Source: Rhynchobatus australiae
Lineage: Eukaryota
DNA: 64,000 nt
Reading direction: 5' to 3'
Assembly (NCBI GenBank): GCA_034780895.1
Contig: JAUZTB010000094.1
Coordinates: forward strand, 9,645,524-9,709,523
A model generated the notes under the pieces. The model saw only the letters and a program-made list of their open reading frames with translations. It ran no database searches and was not told the DNA's origin. Positions 1 to 11,099 of this stretch are shown here, in pieces. The translations under genes and the position numbers were made by a program. Position 1 is the stretch's first letter. Each line of letters starts with the position of its first letter.

Positions 1-1640
1 GTTTTATCTCAAACTCCCATTCAGTTTGTATTGAGGGACGGATGTAATGATTTTTTTTGTCTGAACTGCATTACCTGCTTCCAAGTGGAGGAGGGCTTGA
101 TTTATCTGTGCAGCAAGTTGCCACGTAAAAGTACCATGGTTTGAACTGTTAACAGTCCAGGTTTTGTTCCATTAGTCATCACTAAAATTGTTCCAGTTGC
201 CCTCACCTTGGCAATGAGTTCCTTGAAAACCATGCTGTGAGTGAGCTTGGAGGGGGAGCAAGGTCAGCGAGATCCTGATGGATTGGTTGGCGTGTGACTA
301 TTTGCATGGGCCTCTGCCATCTCTGCAGATATGAAGAGGACTAGGATTCACAAGATGGGAGCTGTGGAGTTGGCATTGACCAAGATTATGTTGATTGCCA
401 TGTAGCAGAGTTCATGTGTATCAGTGGGTTGTGTGTGATGGCTCCAACTGGAGCATTACTTGGTAATAGTGGCATAAAAATGGGTCATTTTAGGGGTAGG
501 GGTGGGAGAGAAGTAGTGTTGGCTGTGTTTGTGAATTGTGCTAATCAGCATTCTTGCAACCTTCTATAGGCAGTCAGGACAAGACAGACCTGTTGAGGGT
601 CATGCCAAAGTGCTTGTGTGCCAAGTTGTGGTGGATCCAGGGCTATTCCTTATGAAAGGGAATGTGGGAATTGGCAACCAGTAACCCAAGTGAAGAAGCA
701 TTGGGTGATGTTTTAGTGTAGTTGGCAGATGGTTTGCAAGGTGGATCAATGACTGTATTTGAGTTTGTTTGCAGCCTCTACTTCTGGAAATGGTCCACTG
801 TTGTCCTGGTCCCTGTGTGCTTCAGTAATATGTAATTGGCTTTCACAATTTGAGTTGTCATTTAATAAATATTAAAGAGCATAAGAGGCCACTTGGTGAA
901 CAGTATTGACAATGGAGCAATTCTTTCATAAGTTTTGCCATGAGCTCATGGATCATCCAGAATAAGACTTGGCCTACAGCTCTTCTGGGCCACTGGGTTC
1001 CTGATGGTGATGATCATGCCTCTTGCCAGATTCATAGAACATAATCCATTCATCCAGGGCATGCAGCAGCTGCTATGGCAGTGGGCAGGTCCTCTGCCCA
1101 TTTGTTGCCAAAGGCCCAAGGTGGGATATAGCCTTTTTTGTGTTCATGAGGGCAGTGGTTTATTCCTCTGATTTGGAAAGGCTGCAAAATGTCAAAATTC
1201 ATTGGGGTCTGTCTGTTTTCTTTCCACTTTTTGACTTTGAACCTGTCCTGTGCCACTTTTTATGATGGCCAATCCATACTTTGGATAATGGTGGCTTGAT
1301 GTAAGCTTGCATCTTTTTTGATCCTGCATTGGTGAGCTTGGTAATCATTTTGTGATGTGGTTTTCTTTGAGGATATTGCTATTACTTGGGAGCCTCTTGT
1401 TTGGCTAATCTGACTTCAGCCTTTAATGTTAAATTGACTTGTCCAAGGCCTTGCTTTTGTTGGGCTCACGAAGGTGTGTGGTTTTTTGTATGTGGTTATG
1501 AAAGTTGCTTAATTGGCATTATCAATATGATGACATTGTGTCCAGTGTTCCATTTTGAAAAGCTGGATTTTTGGATAGCTTTTGCCTTCCACCTCGTAGA
1601 AAATTTACCTCAGTTTGGATGCTGGGGAGAAGGTGAGTTT
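1..1640 (-). mobile_element. Possible decayed LTR-retrotransposon (Gypsy-like) pol/integrase relic
   Basis: Strong strand compositional bias; - strand DNSGPFPEVE (~775-806) resembles integrase DxYSRFPEVE; otherwise heavily degraded. Confidence 0.3.
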
Positions 1641-1854
1641 AATTTGCATCTTCCAAATTCAGTAATTAGGCAGAACAAACAATGTAGATTCTATTATTCC
1701 ATTAGACAAAAACTTCATGTCACTAATGCTTTAAAAAAAAATTTGTAGAGCATAAGGAAGAATGTAAATTGTATTTTCATTCTGGGACTCAAACAACTTT
1801 GGAAAGGAATACTATCTAAAGGAAATGTTTTAAACTTGTTATCTTTTGTTTCAG

Positions 1855-2014
1855 GAAATTGTACGTCTTCATATCCATATTCCTGTGCCTATTCATATCT
1901 GGGCTGGTTGTCTTTTTCTTGTTCCCCCGGTCAGTGGCAGTGAATGATGATGGAATCAGAGTGGTTATTGTCAGGTTTGACACCAATAACTCCAGAGTCA
2001 TCATTGATATGACG
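1855..2014 (+). CDS. TMEM106C: TMEM106C internal exon (transmembrane helix and start of luminal domain); upstream exons are outside the window
   Basis: tttcag|G...ACG|gtaata, 160 bp; KLYVFISIFLCLFISGLVVFFLFPRSVAVNDDGIRVVIVRFDTNNSRVIIDMT. The DDGI(K/R)VV segment matches TMEM106C rather than TMEM106B; the gene is adjacent to COL2A1 as in human. Confidence 0.93.
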
Positions 2015-3020
2015 GTAATATTTGAAAATAATTCTCATTTATTATATTAAATCTATACTCTTGCCACTTTTTCCTTTCCCCAACCCCACAAATCTATTTT
2101 GGTGGCCCAGAAGTGTAAATTGGAAAACACTGTCACAAAGATATTATGCACACTAGTATCTCCTTCACTGAAGTGCTTGGACATTTTGAAAGAATTAAAT
2201 GTAATTTCTATTGAAATATAGCTGAAATCAACCTCTGCACATTGAGTCTGTATGAACAATAAGATAAAGATCTGTGCATTACCGCAATTGCAATTGGTAA
2301 CTAAGGGTGTCGATGGCTATTTAGGTGATCTCCGCAAAATTAACCATCAATGAACTAATGTGAGAGTGACAAGTGCTAGCAGTTCACTTAGATTATCTGA
2401 AACTGCTCAATAAGTGTGCCGTTAGCTCTTGTAAAACTGGTTACAGCCAATCATTTTGCACATTATGATCAAATAATTTGGAGTTAACAAGCTATCCTTT
2501 GGCTGGAGAACCAAAAATATATCTGGCAAGTTCCTGAGCTAATTTAATGAGGCAACCTTTTGAGTGTAAGAGAAGCCAATCAGATGTGAAATACTACAGT
2601 GGTAAAAGATTCTGTGGTGGTGATGTATGGCAGTTTAGTAAGTGGCTTTTTGAGTAGGGACATCCAGTGCTAAATCTTGCAACAATGCCTTAATCTGTAT
2701 TGGTTTTTGGATTTGTAGCTCGCTTGCATGACCTCCTAACTTGCTAGCAATGATCCAGATTTCATTTATGAAATGGTGTTAGCATAAGTGCCTGGGTGTA
2801 GCCAAATTGCATGTTGGATGTCACTTGCTTTAGAGCTGTCTTTTTGCTAATGTTAACTGAATGTTGTGGGAGGGAGAGGAAAGTGGGAAGGGGGGAGAGG
2901 AGAAGAGGAAGCAGAGGGGANNNNNNNNNNNNNNNNNNNNNNNNNNNNNNNNNNNNNNNNNNNNNNNNNNNNNNNNNNNNNNNNNNNNNNNNNNNNNNNN
3001 NNNNNNNNNNNNNNNNNNNN

Positions 3021-3127
3021 TATGGACATTGTGTAGGCAGAAGGGATTACTTAGTTATTAGTTTAATTAGTTCAGCACATCATGGGCCAAAGGACCTGTT
3101 CCTGTGCTGCACTGCTTTATGTTCTTT
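3021..3127 (+). mobile_element. CR1 LINE 3' tail
   Basis: catcatgggccaaaggacctgttcctgtgctg...tatgttct, typical CR1 3' end, next to an N gap. Confidence 0.6.
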
Positions 3128-4809
3128 GCAAAGACTTGTGACAGTTCATGTTGCTATCCAACACTAGAAGAAATCTTGGTCATAACACCATACACCCCAA
3201 GTAACTTTACCCCTTCTCTGTACGGGCAGTAATCGGACTATTGTTTGGAGATTTGCCTGATTTTTATCCCATTCATTACAGAATGGAAACAGAGGGATAG
3301 ATGTGCAATCCATTTCATTTCTCTTTTGCTCATATACAGAATGAAAGCAGAAATACTTTCATCGATTTAACAGGTTTCACAAATTCAAGATGTTCCCAAG
3401 TACTTCAACTTAAAATAGGTCTCTTAAGGATAATATAGGTAATATATTATAAGGTAACACACTGTAATGTTAGAGGGAAGGAGAGTATTCACTTGACATG
3501 CTAAATTCCAAATCATATTGTGCAGAAAGCTGCAGTTTGATTTAAAGAAAGCCTGTATGAGCTGTCCCTTGTACTGAAAGAGTATCTGAAAAGAGCTAAA
3601 TAGTAATAATAGTGCAAAGCAGGATCAAATTTTACTTGCAGATTAAATTACATTCTTCAAGTTTAAACCAAACCATGCAAAGTAAATAGCAGTTACAATG
3701 AACACCAAAGACAAAGAAAATTTGAGTTCAGTGTGTATACTGTTGGCTGTTTATCACTATCAAATGCAAATTTGAACCCACTCAACAATAACACACAGTG
3801 GTAGAATCTAATTGTACAATGTGTGGACAGCCCAGTCCTCACCTTTGCCACATTCAGTGGAAAATGGACTGTGGTCCCTATTGTATAGAAGAAATATAAG
3901 CACACAGCATCTCTTTAGTTAAAGAGTCTAGGTTATAGATTATATCCTATGTAGCCAAGCTAATCCCCCGAGAATTAGCATGGAAATCAATTATTATTAT
4001 AATGCACTATGCTGTACCCTTAATAGACAATTATGCAGCAATAACAAGATGCATGATTATGAAGAATATCTAGAGCACTGGACTAATCGGCTCTAACTTA
4101 CAGGCAACAATGATTGCATGGCTTGTTGGGGGAAATGTGCTAAATTTGGGCTAAACTGGCTTCACAAAGTTACCGAAGATCAATATTACCATAGGAATTG
4201 TTGGGTTGGCATTCCATTTCCTGCTAAAGTTTGCTTACTGAAGGCCATGTTTCCAAAGAAGTTCTCTTATACAAGATAGATACAATTAGCTAATTAATGC
4301 AGTGAGATCCTATGATACAATAAGTAGTTTAAAGCAAAGGTCCCTTACTCCTAATTGAATATTTCAGCCATCAAGTTGCTCCCCTGATGTTTAATCCTGC
4401 TGCAGATCCTTCACAGCTGGTCATTAGGAATTGAAGGGTGCTCCTGTGGAGAGAAAGGCTCTCACAGATGACAACTTTCAAAGAATTTGAAGTGACATTT
4501 GTGAGAAACAGTGAAATGGATTCTTCTGATTGATTCTTGGAAAAATATAACCCCACTATCTACATGAAGCAATGAGTTACAATTGCTTCGGGAGGGAAGA
4601 GAAGTGCATTGCACTACAATTTGGATTTATATATTCCCAGAAATTCTATCATGACAGCAGGATTGGTTCTCCTCTTGCTCATCCCCATTATGCCCCCACC
4701 ACTGCTGTTTGCAAAAAAAAAGGGGGGGAGGGGGAAATAAAAATCCAAAGTTCCTCTGGGATACTGCCCAAAACCAATATATGCATATTCATAGGCCTAA
4801 AGGATCAAT

Positions 4810-5020
4810 TACCATTACATATCATGGCCCTTACTCCTTATTTGTCTACCTGCACTGCACTTTGTAACTTTAACACTATGTACTAACAGAATGTAGAATA
4901 AAGGGAAAAGCAATATCTCGAAGTATGTGCGTTTTGGAATGATCTGTATGAATAGCATCCAAGTTTTTCCTACTGTATTTCAGTACATGTGACAACAATA
5001 AAACAATTGCTAATTACATT
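4810..5020 (+). mobile_element. LINE 3' tail (Rex1/Babar-like)
   Basis: ctgcactgcact...actgtatttcagtacatgtgacaacaataaa; a similar tail occurs at ~16710-16750. Confidence 0.4.
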
Positions 5021-5714
5021 AGGGAGTACACTGCACTCATGATTTATTGCTAGTCCTTTATCTTTAGGCTGATCACACATTTGAGATCTCAGAATGACAG
5101 GGCAACTGAGTTACAGATCCTCCAAAAATCAAAGTACTGTCATTCTGTGGTTCTTTCAGGGTAGGATTAATAAATAGGCCATTTTGCTAGAAAGATGTTA
5201 TAAACCACTACACTACGATAAGCAACGAATTCCACAGTACTTAAATCCCATATTTCCATTTTCTGTTGCGAAGCACTGAGGCATCTGAAGAAACTTGATT
5301 GGTCTATCCCAGGTGCACTAAGCAGCCTGACTTTCCCAACGCATCTCACATTACTACCATAGGAGCTGTCACTGATGCTAGCAAGTGTTTTCAAAGGCTT
5401 TCAGAATGCCAGACTGGCCCTGCATTTTATTCTCACCTAGAGCCATTGAAATATATACAAAGGAGCTCTCTTGCATCACATAGATAAAACAAATAAGTGC
5501 TTGTAATGAGATCCAGTAATACAACTTTTTCCTAGATTTTGGGTTGCAAAGGTGTACGTGAATGACATGCCCGACTGCAAGGCACTTGGATCAGATGCCA
5601 AGAGCTCTAGAGAGGAGGGAAAACATCTCCAGATGGATCATACTGTGTTACCCAATGGCCAGAATAGAATTAAAGGCTGTTCTGGATGAAAGAAGGGCTA
5701 TATAGAAATTGGGT

Positions 5715-6071
5715 GGTTGCAAAGTAGCTGGACTTGGAGCAAGTGGAATCCCTTTCAATTCATAATGTTGCCAAGATGGTGATGGGAAGTAGGTAACACT
5801 GGTGCATTGTGTTGTGCTAAACACATTGGGGAAGGATGCAGTAAAACAAAACCTTTTGTCGTCTCTTCTTGCTTTACTCTGTCCACTTGCAAACATTTGT
5901 TAATTGCCTTTTTGTTGCATGCTCTTTATCATTACAGATGTAAACTGGAAAGATCACTAATGGCACATGTTACAGCCCAGAAGGTGACAGGTTGCAAAGT
6001 AGCTGGATGTAGAGCAAGTGGAATCCCTTTCAATTCTTCATGATGCTAAGATGGCAATGGGGAGTAGGTAA
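5715..6071 (+). repeat. Diverged 82-bp direct repeat pair (5715-5796 and 5990-6071)
   Basis: Both copies read ggttgcaaagtagctgga..gagcaagtggaatcc..ttcaatt...aagatgg..atggg.agtaggtaa. Confidence 0.85.
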
Positions 6072-6089
6072 TGTTGATAAATAGTCATC

Positions 6090-6580
6090 AAGCTGTAACA
6101 TTGATTCAGTTTCTCTCTATATAGATACTGCTGGAAGTGCTTGGCTGGTCAGTAACAATCCTGGGGAAAGTGCATGATATTGCAGATCATGGGGTCCCTC
6201 AGAACTTCGGTGGGGGTGGAAAGGGGTGTTAAGAAAATAAGTTGCATAGAGGTGGAGAGAATAGCAAATGTCTGTGATGGGATGCAGACCAAAGTTGGAA
6301 AAGTAACAATTGGTTCAAAAACTAATATTTGGAGACGGATTTTTTAAAAACATTAAAAACAGATGACTTCTGGAGGGGGAGTGGAGGAGAAATGATTAAC
6401 TGAAATTGTTAAATTCAATAAGTTTATTGGATGATGAGCTGTTCCTTAAGCTTGTGTTGTGCATTGTTGGAGCAACACTAGAGCAATGGTTGAAGGCAAA
6501 GGTGGGAATAGGATGGGATTGAAATAGGTGACTGGAAGTTTGGTTACTTGTGGACCAAAGAGAAGTTGTACGAAGTGCTT
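6090..6580 (-). mobile_element. Penelope-like element 3' remnant
   Basis: gatgatgagctgttccttaagcttgtgttg...ttggagca and purine-rich flanks resemble chondrichthyan Penelope 3' regions. Confidence 0.4.
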
Positions 6581-6665
6581 GCCCAATCTGCATTGTTTCT
6601 ACATCAGTGAAATGTAACGCCATCAGCTGTGTTCCTCCTGAAACTGGTTTTCTCTTTAATTTCAG

Positions 6666-6806
6666 AGCACACTCAACATTAGTAACTCCAATTTTTATGC
6701 TGTTTCTGTGGATACACTTACCAGTCAAGTCCAGTACATGAAAACTGTGATTGGAACAAAGCAGTTGAATAATGTTTCAATTATACCACCTCTAAGTGAG
6801 AAACAG
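6666..6806 (+). CDS. TMEM106C: TMEM106C exon (luminal domain)
   Basis: tttcag|...CAG|gtaact, 141 bp, phase 0/0; STLNISNSNFYAVSVDTLTSQVQYMKTVIGTKQLNNVSIIPPLSEKQ. Confidence 0.93.
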
Positions 6807-6904
6807 GTAACTGTTTATTTGTGTTGGATTTTCTTTAACACATTCATATACCCCTTTTTTGTGTGGCGTGGAGCTTGATCTGCTATATTCTTAGTGTGGA
6901 ATAG

Positions 6905-7192
6905 AGATGCAATATGGAAATGGGCACTTCAGCCCACCCAGCTGTGTGCCAGCTGTCAAGCAGCCATTTACACTTTGACCCATTTTCTTGCCTTCCCAGG
7001 TTCACCTACACTAATGTGTAGTTGCCAATTAATCTGCCAACACATAGGTCTGTGGGATGTGGGAGGAAACCTGGAGGGTACTCATCGAGTAGCACAATAT
7101 GCAAACTCCACACAGGCAGCACCTGGAGTCAGGAGTGAATCCAGGTAATGGAGTGGTGAGGCACCACCTCTACTAACTGCACCACTGTGCTG
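6905..7192 (-). mobile_element. HE1/V-SINE-like tRNA-derived SINE
   Basis: gggaggaaac...gcaaactccacacag...gtgaatccagg...ctgcaccactgtgc core shared with copies at 21.8 kb and 47.2 kb. Confidence 0.75.
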
Positions 7193-7649
7193 TAGGAAGT
7201 GCCACATCTGATTTCTGACTGATACTATACAAAATCTTTGTGCCTGTGGTATGTAAATCCATTTCTTTTGGTTAAGTATCATGGCTATCATTCCCCAGTG
7301 GAACATGGGGATAAAAATTTTACATAAAGGCTCAATAGGCACCTAATCTTCTGGTTTTGATTTGACATTTGGGTAATCTCTTGACTTGCCTAGAGTTTGA
7401 CTTTTGGATCAAATGATTTGCCTGAGACTAGAATGTCACTACCTTTTTTGTAGGTGTTCTGTACCTATGACTCTTGAACAGTGCAAATTAAGCAGGCTTG
7501 ACAATTTGCCTCCAGTCTTTGTACAAAAGAGACTGCTGACCCTGCATTGTTAAATAAGAGCATATACTATTTACCACCTTGACATTAGAGACATGTTAAT
7601 GGTTATTCCAGGGATTTTATTGTTCAAATTTAATAAATTGGTGTACAAT

Positions 7650-7830
7650 AACAGTGATGGGATTACTAGGCTATTGGCCAGAATTCTGGGCCACTGATTC
7701 TTGCCTGACCTATATTTGGCTCCAGACCCAAAAATGTGGTCAACTCTTAAATTGGTTCAGAGGCAAGTAGGAATAAATGATAAATACTGGCATTATCTCC
7801 AATATCTGCGTCTTGTGAACAAATAAATGA
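7650..7830 (+). mobile_element. Old SINE fragment (same family as 21597-22240)
   Basis: ctccagaccca..aatgtggtcaactcttaa...gtgaacaaataa shared with 22140-22237. Confidence 0.5.
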
Positions 7831-7990
7831 AAATGAGGCTTTGAAACTTTCTGACTAAATTGCCTAAACTGTGTTCATACTTCATAGCAAGTAAATAAGA
7901 CAGCTGGTCATTCTATTTGCATAAGAAGTAAGTGATATTAAAGATTTGTACTGTTACTGACTGCTTGTATCTATGAACTTTATTTTGCAG

Positions 7991-8040
7991 GTTAACTACA
8001 CTGTTCAAATGGAATTTAGTGGACCTCTAACATATGTGTA
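7991..8040 (+). CDS. TMEM106C: TMEM106C exon
   Basis: ttgcag|...TA|gtaagt, 50 bp; VNYTVQMEFSGPLTYV(Y). Confidence 0.93.
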
Positions 8041-9213
8041 GTAAGTCATTCTTTTCCCTCCCACCCCTTGTTCACTGCCTGAATGTTAACTGCATTTCTT
8101 TATAAATAGCTGCTAATGGCTCCTCGTCCATCCAAAAGCTACAGTTTGAGAAGAACTTTATTTGCTTGTTGAGAAGTAGAATTTAATTTGGGCTATGAAG
8201 CTCTTCAGTTAAAATCTTTTAAATAGGATTAAATCTTTTTTGAAAGCTGCTACAGCTGAGAAATGGATGTCTAAAATCTGACGGGCAGGGGAAATGGGGA
8301 CAGTAACTATTCTGCCCAGAAGTATTATTGATCTTTCCATTAACAAATAGAATGCAATATTAATTTGTCCCCTTGGGTGTGTACATGTTTAGATATGCTC
8401 ACCACTTGAGTAGCTGAGTGTTTGGGAGTTTGTGGTAATCTAATCCAGGTATATTTAAAATTACCTGCCCTTTAATGGACTGACTGAGTTGGCTCCTTTA
8501 TTCCTTAAGGTAACTTTTTTTTGAGTTTTGGGGTGGTATGGAGAATTGATAGTACATTTAGGCTTTTCCATAGGAAAATATTTTGGATTACCTTTCTCCC
8601 CTCCCCATGCCCTTTCCACTTCCTACTTGGTCCACTGTCTCTGAACTGTCTATAGTATTTGGCCTATAAAAGTTACCTTCATGGGCCTAAAACGGCAGTA
8701 CAAGCCTTGTGGTACAGTATGATTGGCCACTGCTAGAGTGGAGCAAGTTACAGTATAAATCATGATCTGGTGCTTGTTTCTAAGCTTTTTCTGGCACCTG
8801 AACATGAGGGCAAGCAGAGTTTTAGACTGTGTTTAAACCTGTATGTTAATGCAAGTCACTTCAAGAATCAAAATGTAACAACTTTTTAATGGTAATTTAA
8901 GACTCCATTTGTAACAACTCTGATTCTATGAATTTTGGTAGGTTTGAAATTGGAAGGATTTTGGAGTGGAGCTGCTTGATATTTTCTGACTTGAAATTTC
9001 ACTTCCCTGAGGTAGTGAAGCAACCTGAAATTTTAAACTATATGACAGAAACCATTCCTTTTGGTGGTGGGAAGGAAAGGGGCCTTTGGATCAGTTAGAA
9101 CTGATCATTTTGTGATGTAGCCTTTGCTTTACAATAGATGTATGGTCCTGTGAGCCACCTGGCTTGCCCAACCATGGTCAAGGTGATTTTAACCAGTTTA
9201 TTTTCTTCCGCAG

Positions 9214-9267
9214 TACTTTTTGCACAATGCCATCAATCAAGGTCCATAATATTGTTGTCTTCATGCA
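9214..9267 (+). CDS. TMEM106C: TMEM106C exon
   Basis: ccgcag|...CA|gtaagt, 54 bp, phase-compatible with neighbours; (Y)TFCTMPSIKVHNIVVFM(Q). Confidence 0.93.
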
Positions 9268-9544
9268 GTAAGTTCATTAAGATTTCTTTTACTAAATTAG
9301 AATGAAGATTTGCTCTTTACCATACTGTTACTTCTAAGATGTCAAAAATAATGTAGTATAATGCATTTAAATTAGCAATACTTTAAAAATCCAAGTGAAG
9401 GGAGCTCTATCAATCAGATTGTTACAGTTTCAGACACTGAAATAACCAGAAAAGCTTGAGAATACTAACTGACTATTTAGCTCCTAGTTCCTGTCAATGC
9501 TTTGTGAAACTGTCTGTTCAATCATATTTTTCCTGCCCTCTGCT

Positions 9545-9940
9545 TTTTTTTCCTCCCTGGCCCACCCTTAGCCCTGCAAGTTATTTTCAGGCAATTAGTT
9601 CCTGATCATAACTACTATTTTAAAAACCTCTGTCCCCTCATCTCCACCCCAGCACTTTCTCTCCCTAACCCTATTTGCCCTGTCCAAACACCTTGATCTT
9701 GCTTTGCTCCAAGGAGGACAATCCCAGCTCTTCCAGTGTAACTTTAAGGTTGCTAATCTTCAAACTATTTTCTGCATCCTGTGGGGCTTTTGTATTTCTA
9801 AAGTGTGGTGACCAGAATTGAATGTAATACTCTACCAGTTTTGCTTTAGCCAATGTTGTATGTGTGTTTTTATAATAAAAACAATATTTCAATATGACCT
9901 TCCTGCTTGTACTCCATGCCTCTAAAGCCAAAGATCTCCA
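9545..9940 (-). mobile_element. CR1 LINE fragment
   Basis: - strand peptide LVEYYIQFWSPHF...LEELGLSSLEQ, CR1 ORF2 C-terminal motifs. Confidence 0.65.
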
Positions 9941-10159
9941 AAGCTTTGCTGCTGCTGTCCTGTAATGGGGAAGAGGAGTGATTGGGGCAAGTTCCCCCAA
10001 TTTCATTTTGGGGAAATAATTGACCAGCTAAAGTACAATCTAGTCAGAGTAATATAGAATGCTTTAGTGACCAGCATTTGACATATCAAAAATGGATACT
10101 TGTCTGATGAACACTTGCTCCATGCCACACATTTGAATAGTGGAACATCTGTGGCTGAA

Positions 10160-10335
10160 AATAAAAATAATGCAGATGTTGGGAACTACTTGGGCTGGGC
10201 AACAAATGAACAAAAAACAGTTAATGTATAGGGCTGATGAATTTTCATCAGTCACCAGGCATCAACCTGGAGTGCTAACATCTTTCTGTGACATGCTGCT
10301 TGACCTGCTAGGTCTTTCCACCATTTACTGTTTTG
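10160..10335. repeat. Quasi-palindromic short interspersed repeat (related copies ~13545-13680, ~34545-34640)
   Basis: aatgcagatgttgg... / ...atgctgcttgacctgct..tttccaccatttactgtttt inverted arms. Confidence 0.45.
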
Positions 10336-11099
10336 GTCATGTTACCAGACAGAATTGGTCTCCAGCTTTGCTTCTAATTGGACATTTGAATCTAAAACCA
10401 TAATGTATTCTAATTCATTGAAGTGTGGTTCAACCTTTTTGTAATGGGCATCAGTGGAATGTACTTGTGTTGGTACAAATTTGAAGTTTAGATTTTAAAG
10501 TGCTATTAGTCTGGTTAACCCTTTATTGCCCTCTTGTATAGAAGCAAAATTAAAGCTAAAATTTGTTTGGTCCTAAACTTGGAAGCTTGAGCTATCTCTA
10601 TCCAATTTTTTAAAATTCTTTTTGGTGTCTTTACTGTCTCAAAGATTTTTAAATTATTCCTTTTTCTTTCAAGATGGTTGCAAGGTGATTCCTGGCATTG
10701 AATTGCCCCAAACTACACTGAGGCTTTTTTGTTTCGGATCTCCCCTCACCAGTCATTGAACCTGCTTTTGGATCATGGATCAGTTTAGTCTGGAGGAAGC
10801 CATGTCTTGTGGTTTTTGCATGCTAGCAGAAACTACTTTTCAAAATTTGAAAGTAAATTTTCTATATTTAGAGAAGGCTACCTTGAGTAAAAAGTAACCT
10901 ATAGACTTGCCACCATCCATGATATAAGCCTGATGCCCCATTGATTTTTGGTTCAATTTTTAAATGATGTTGGATCCAAAACTGCAAAGAATAATTTGAA
11001 CATGTTCCCTAATCTACTTTGAATATGATGTGTAATTTCAGTCGGTCAAAGCTGATGTATTCAAAGTGCCAGAAATCCTTTGTGCAGTAGCACAAATGG

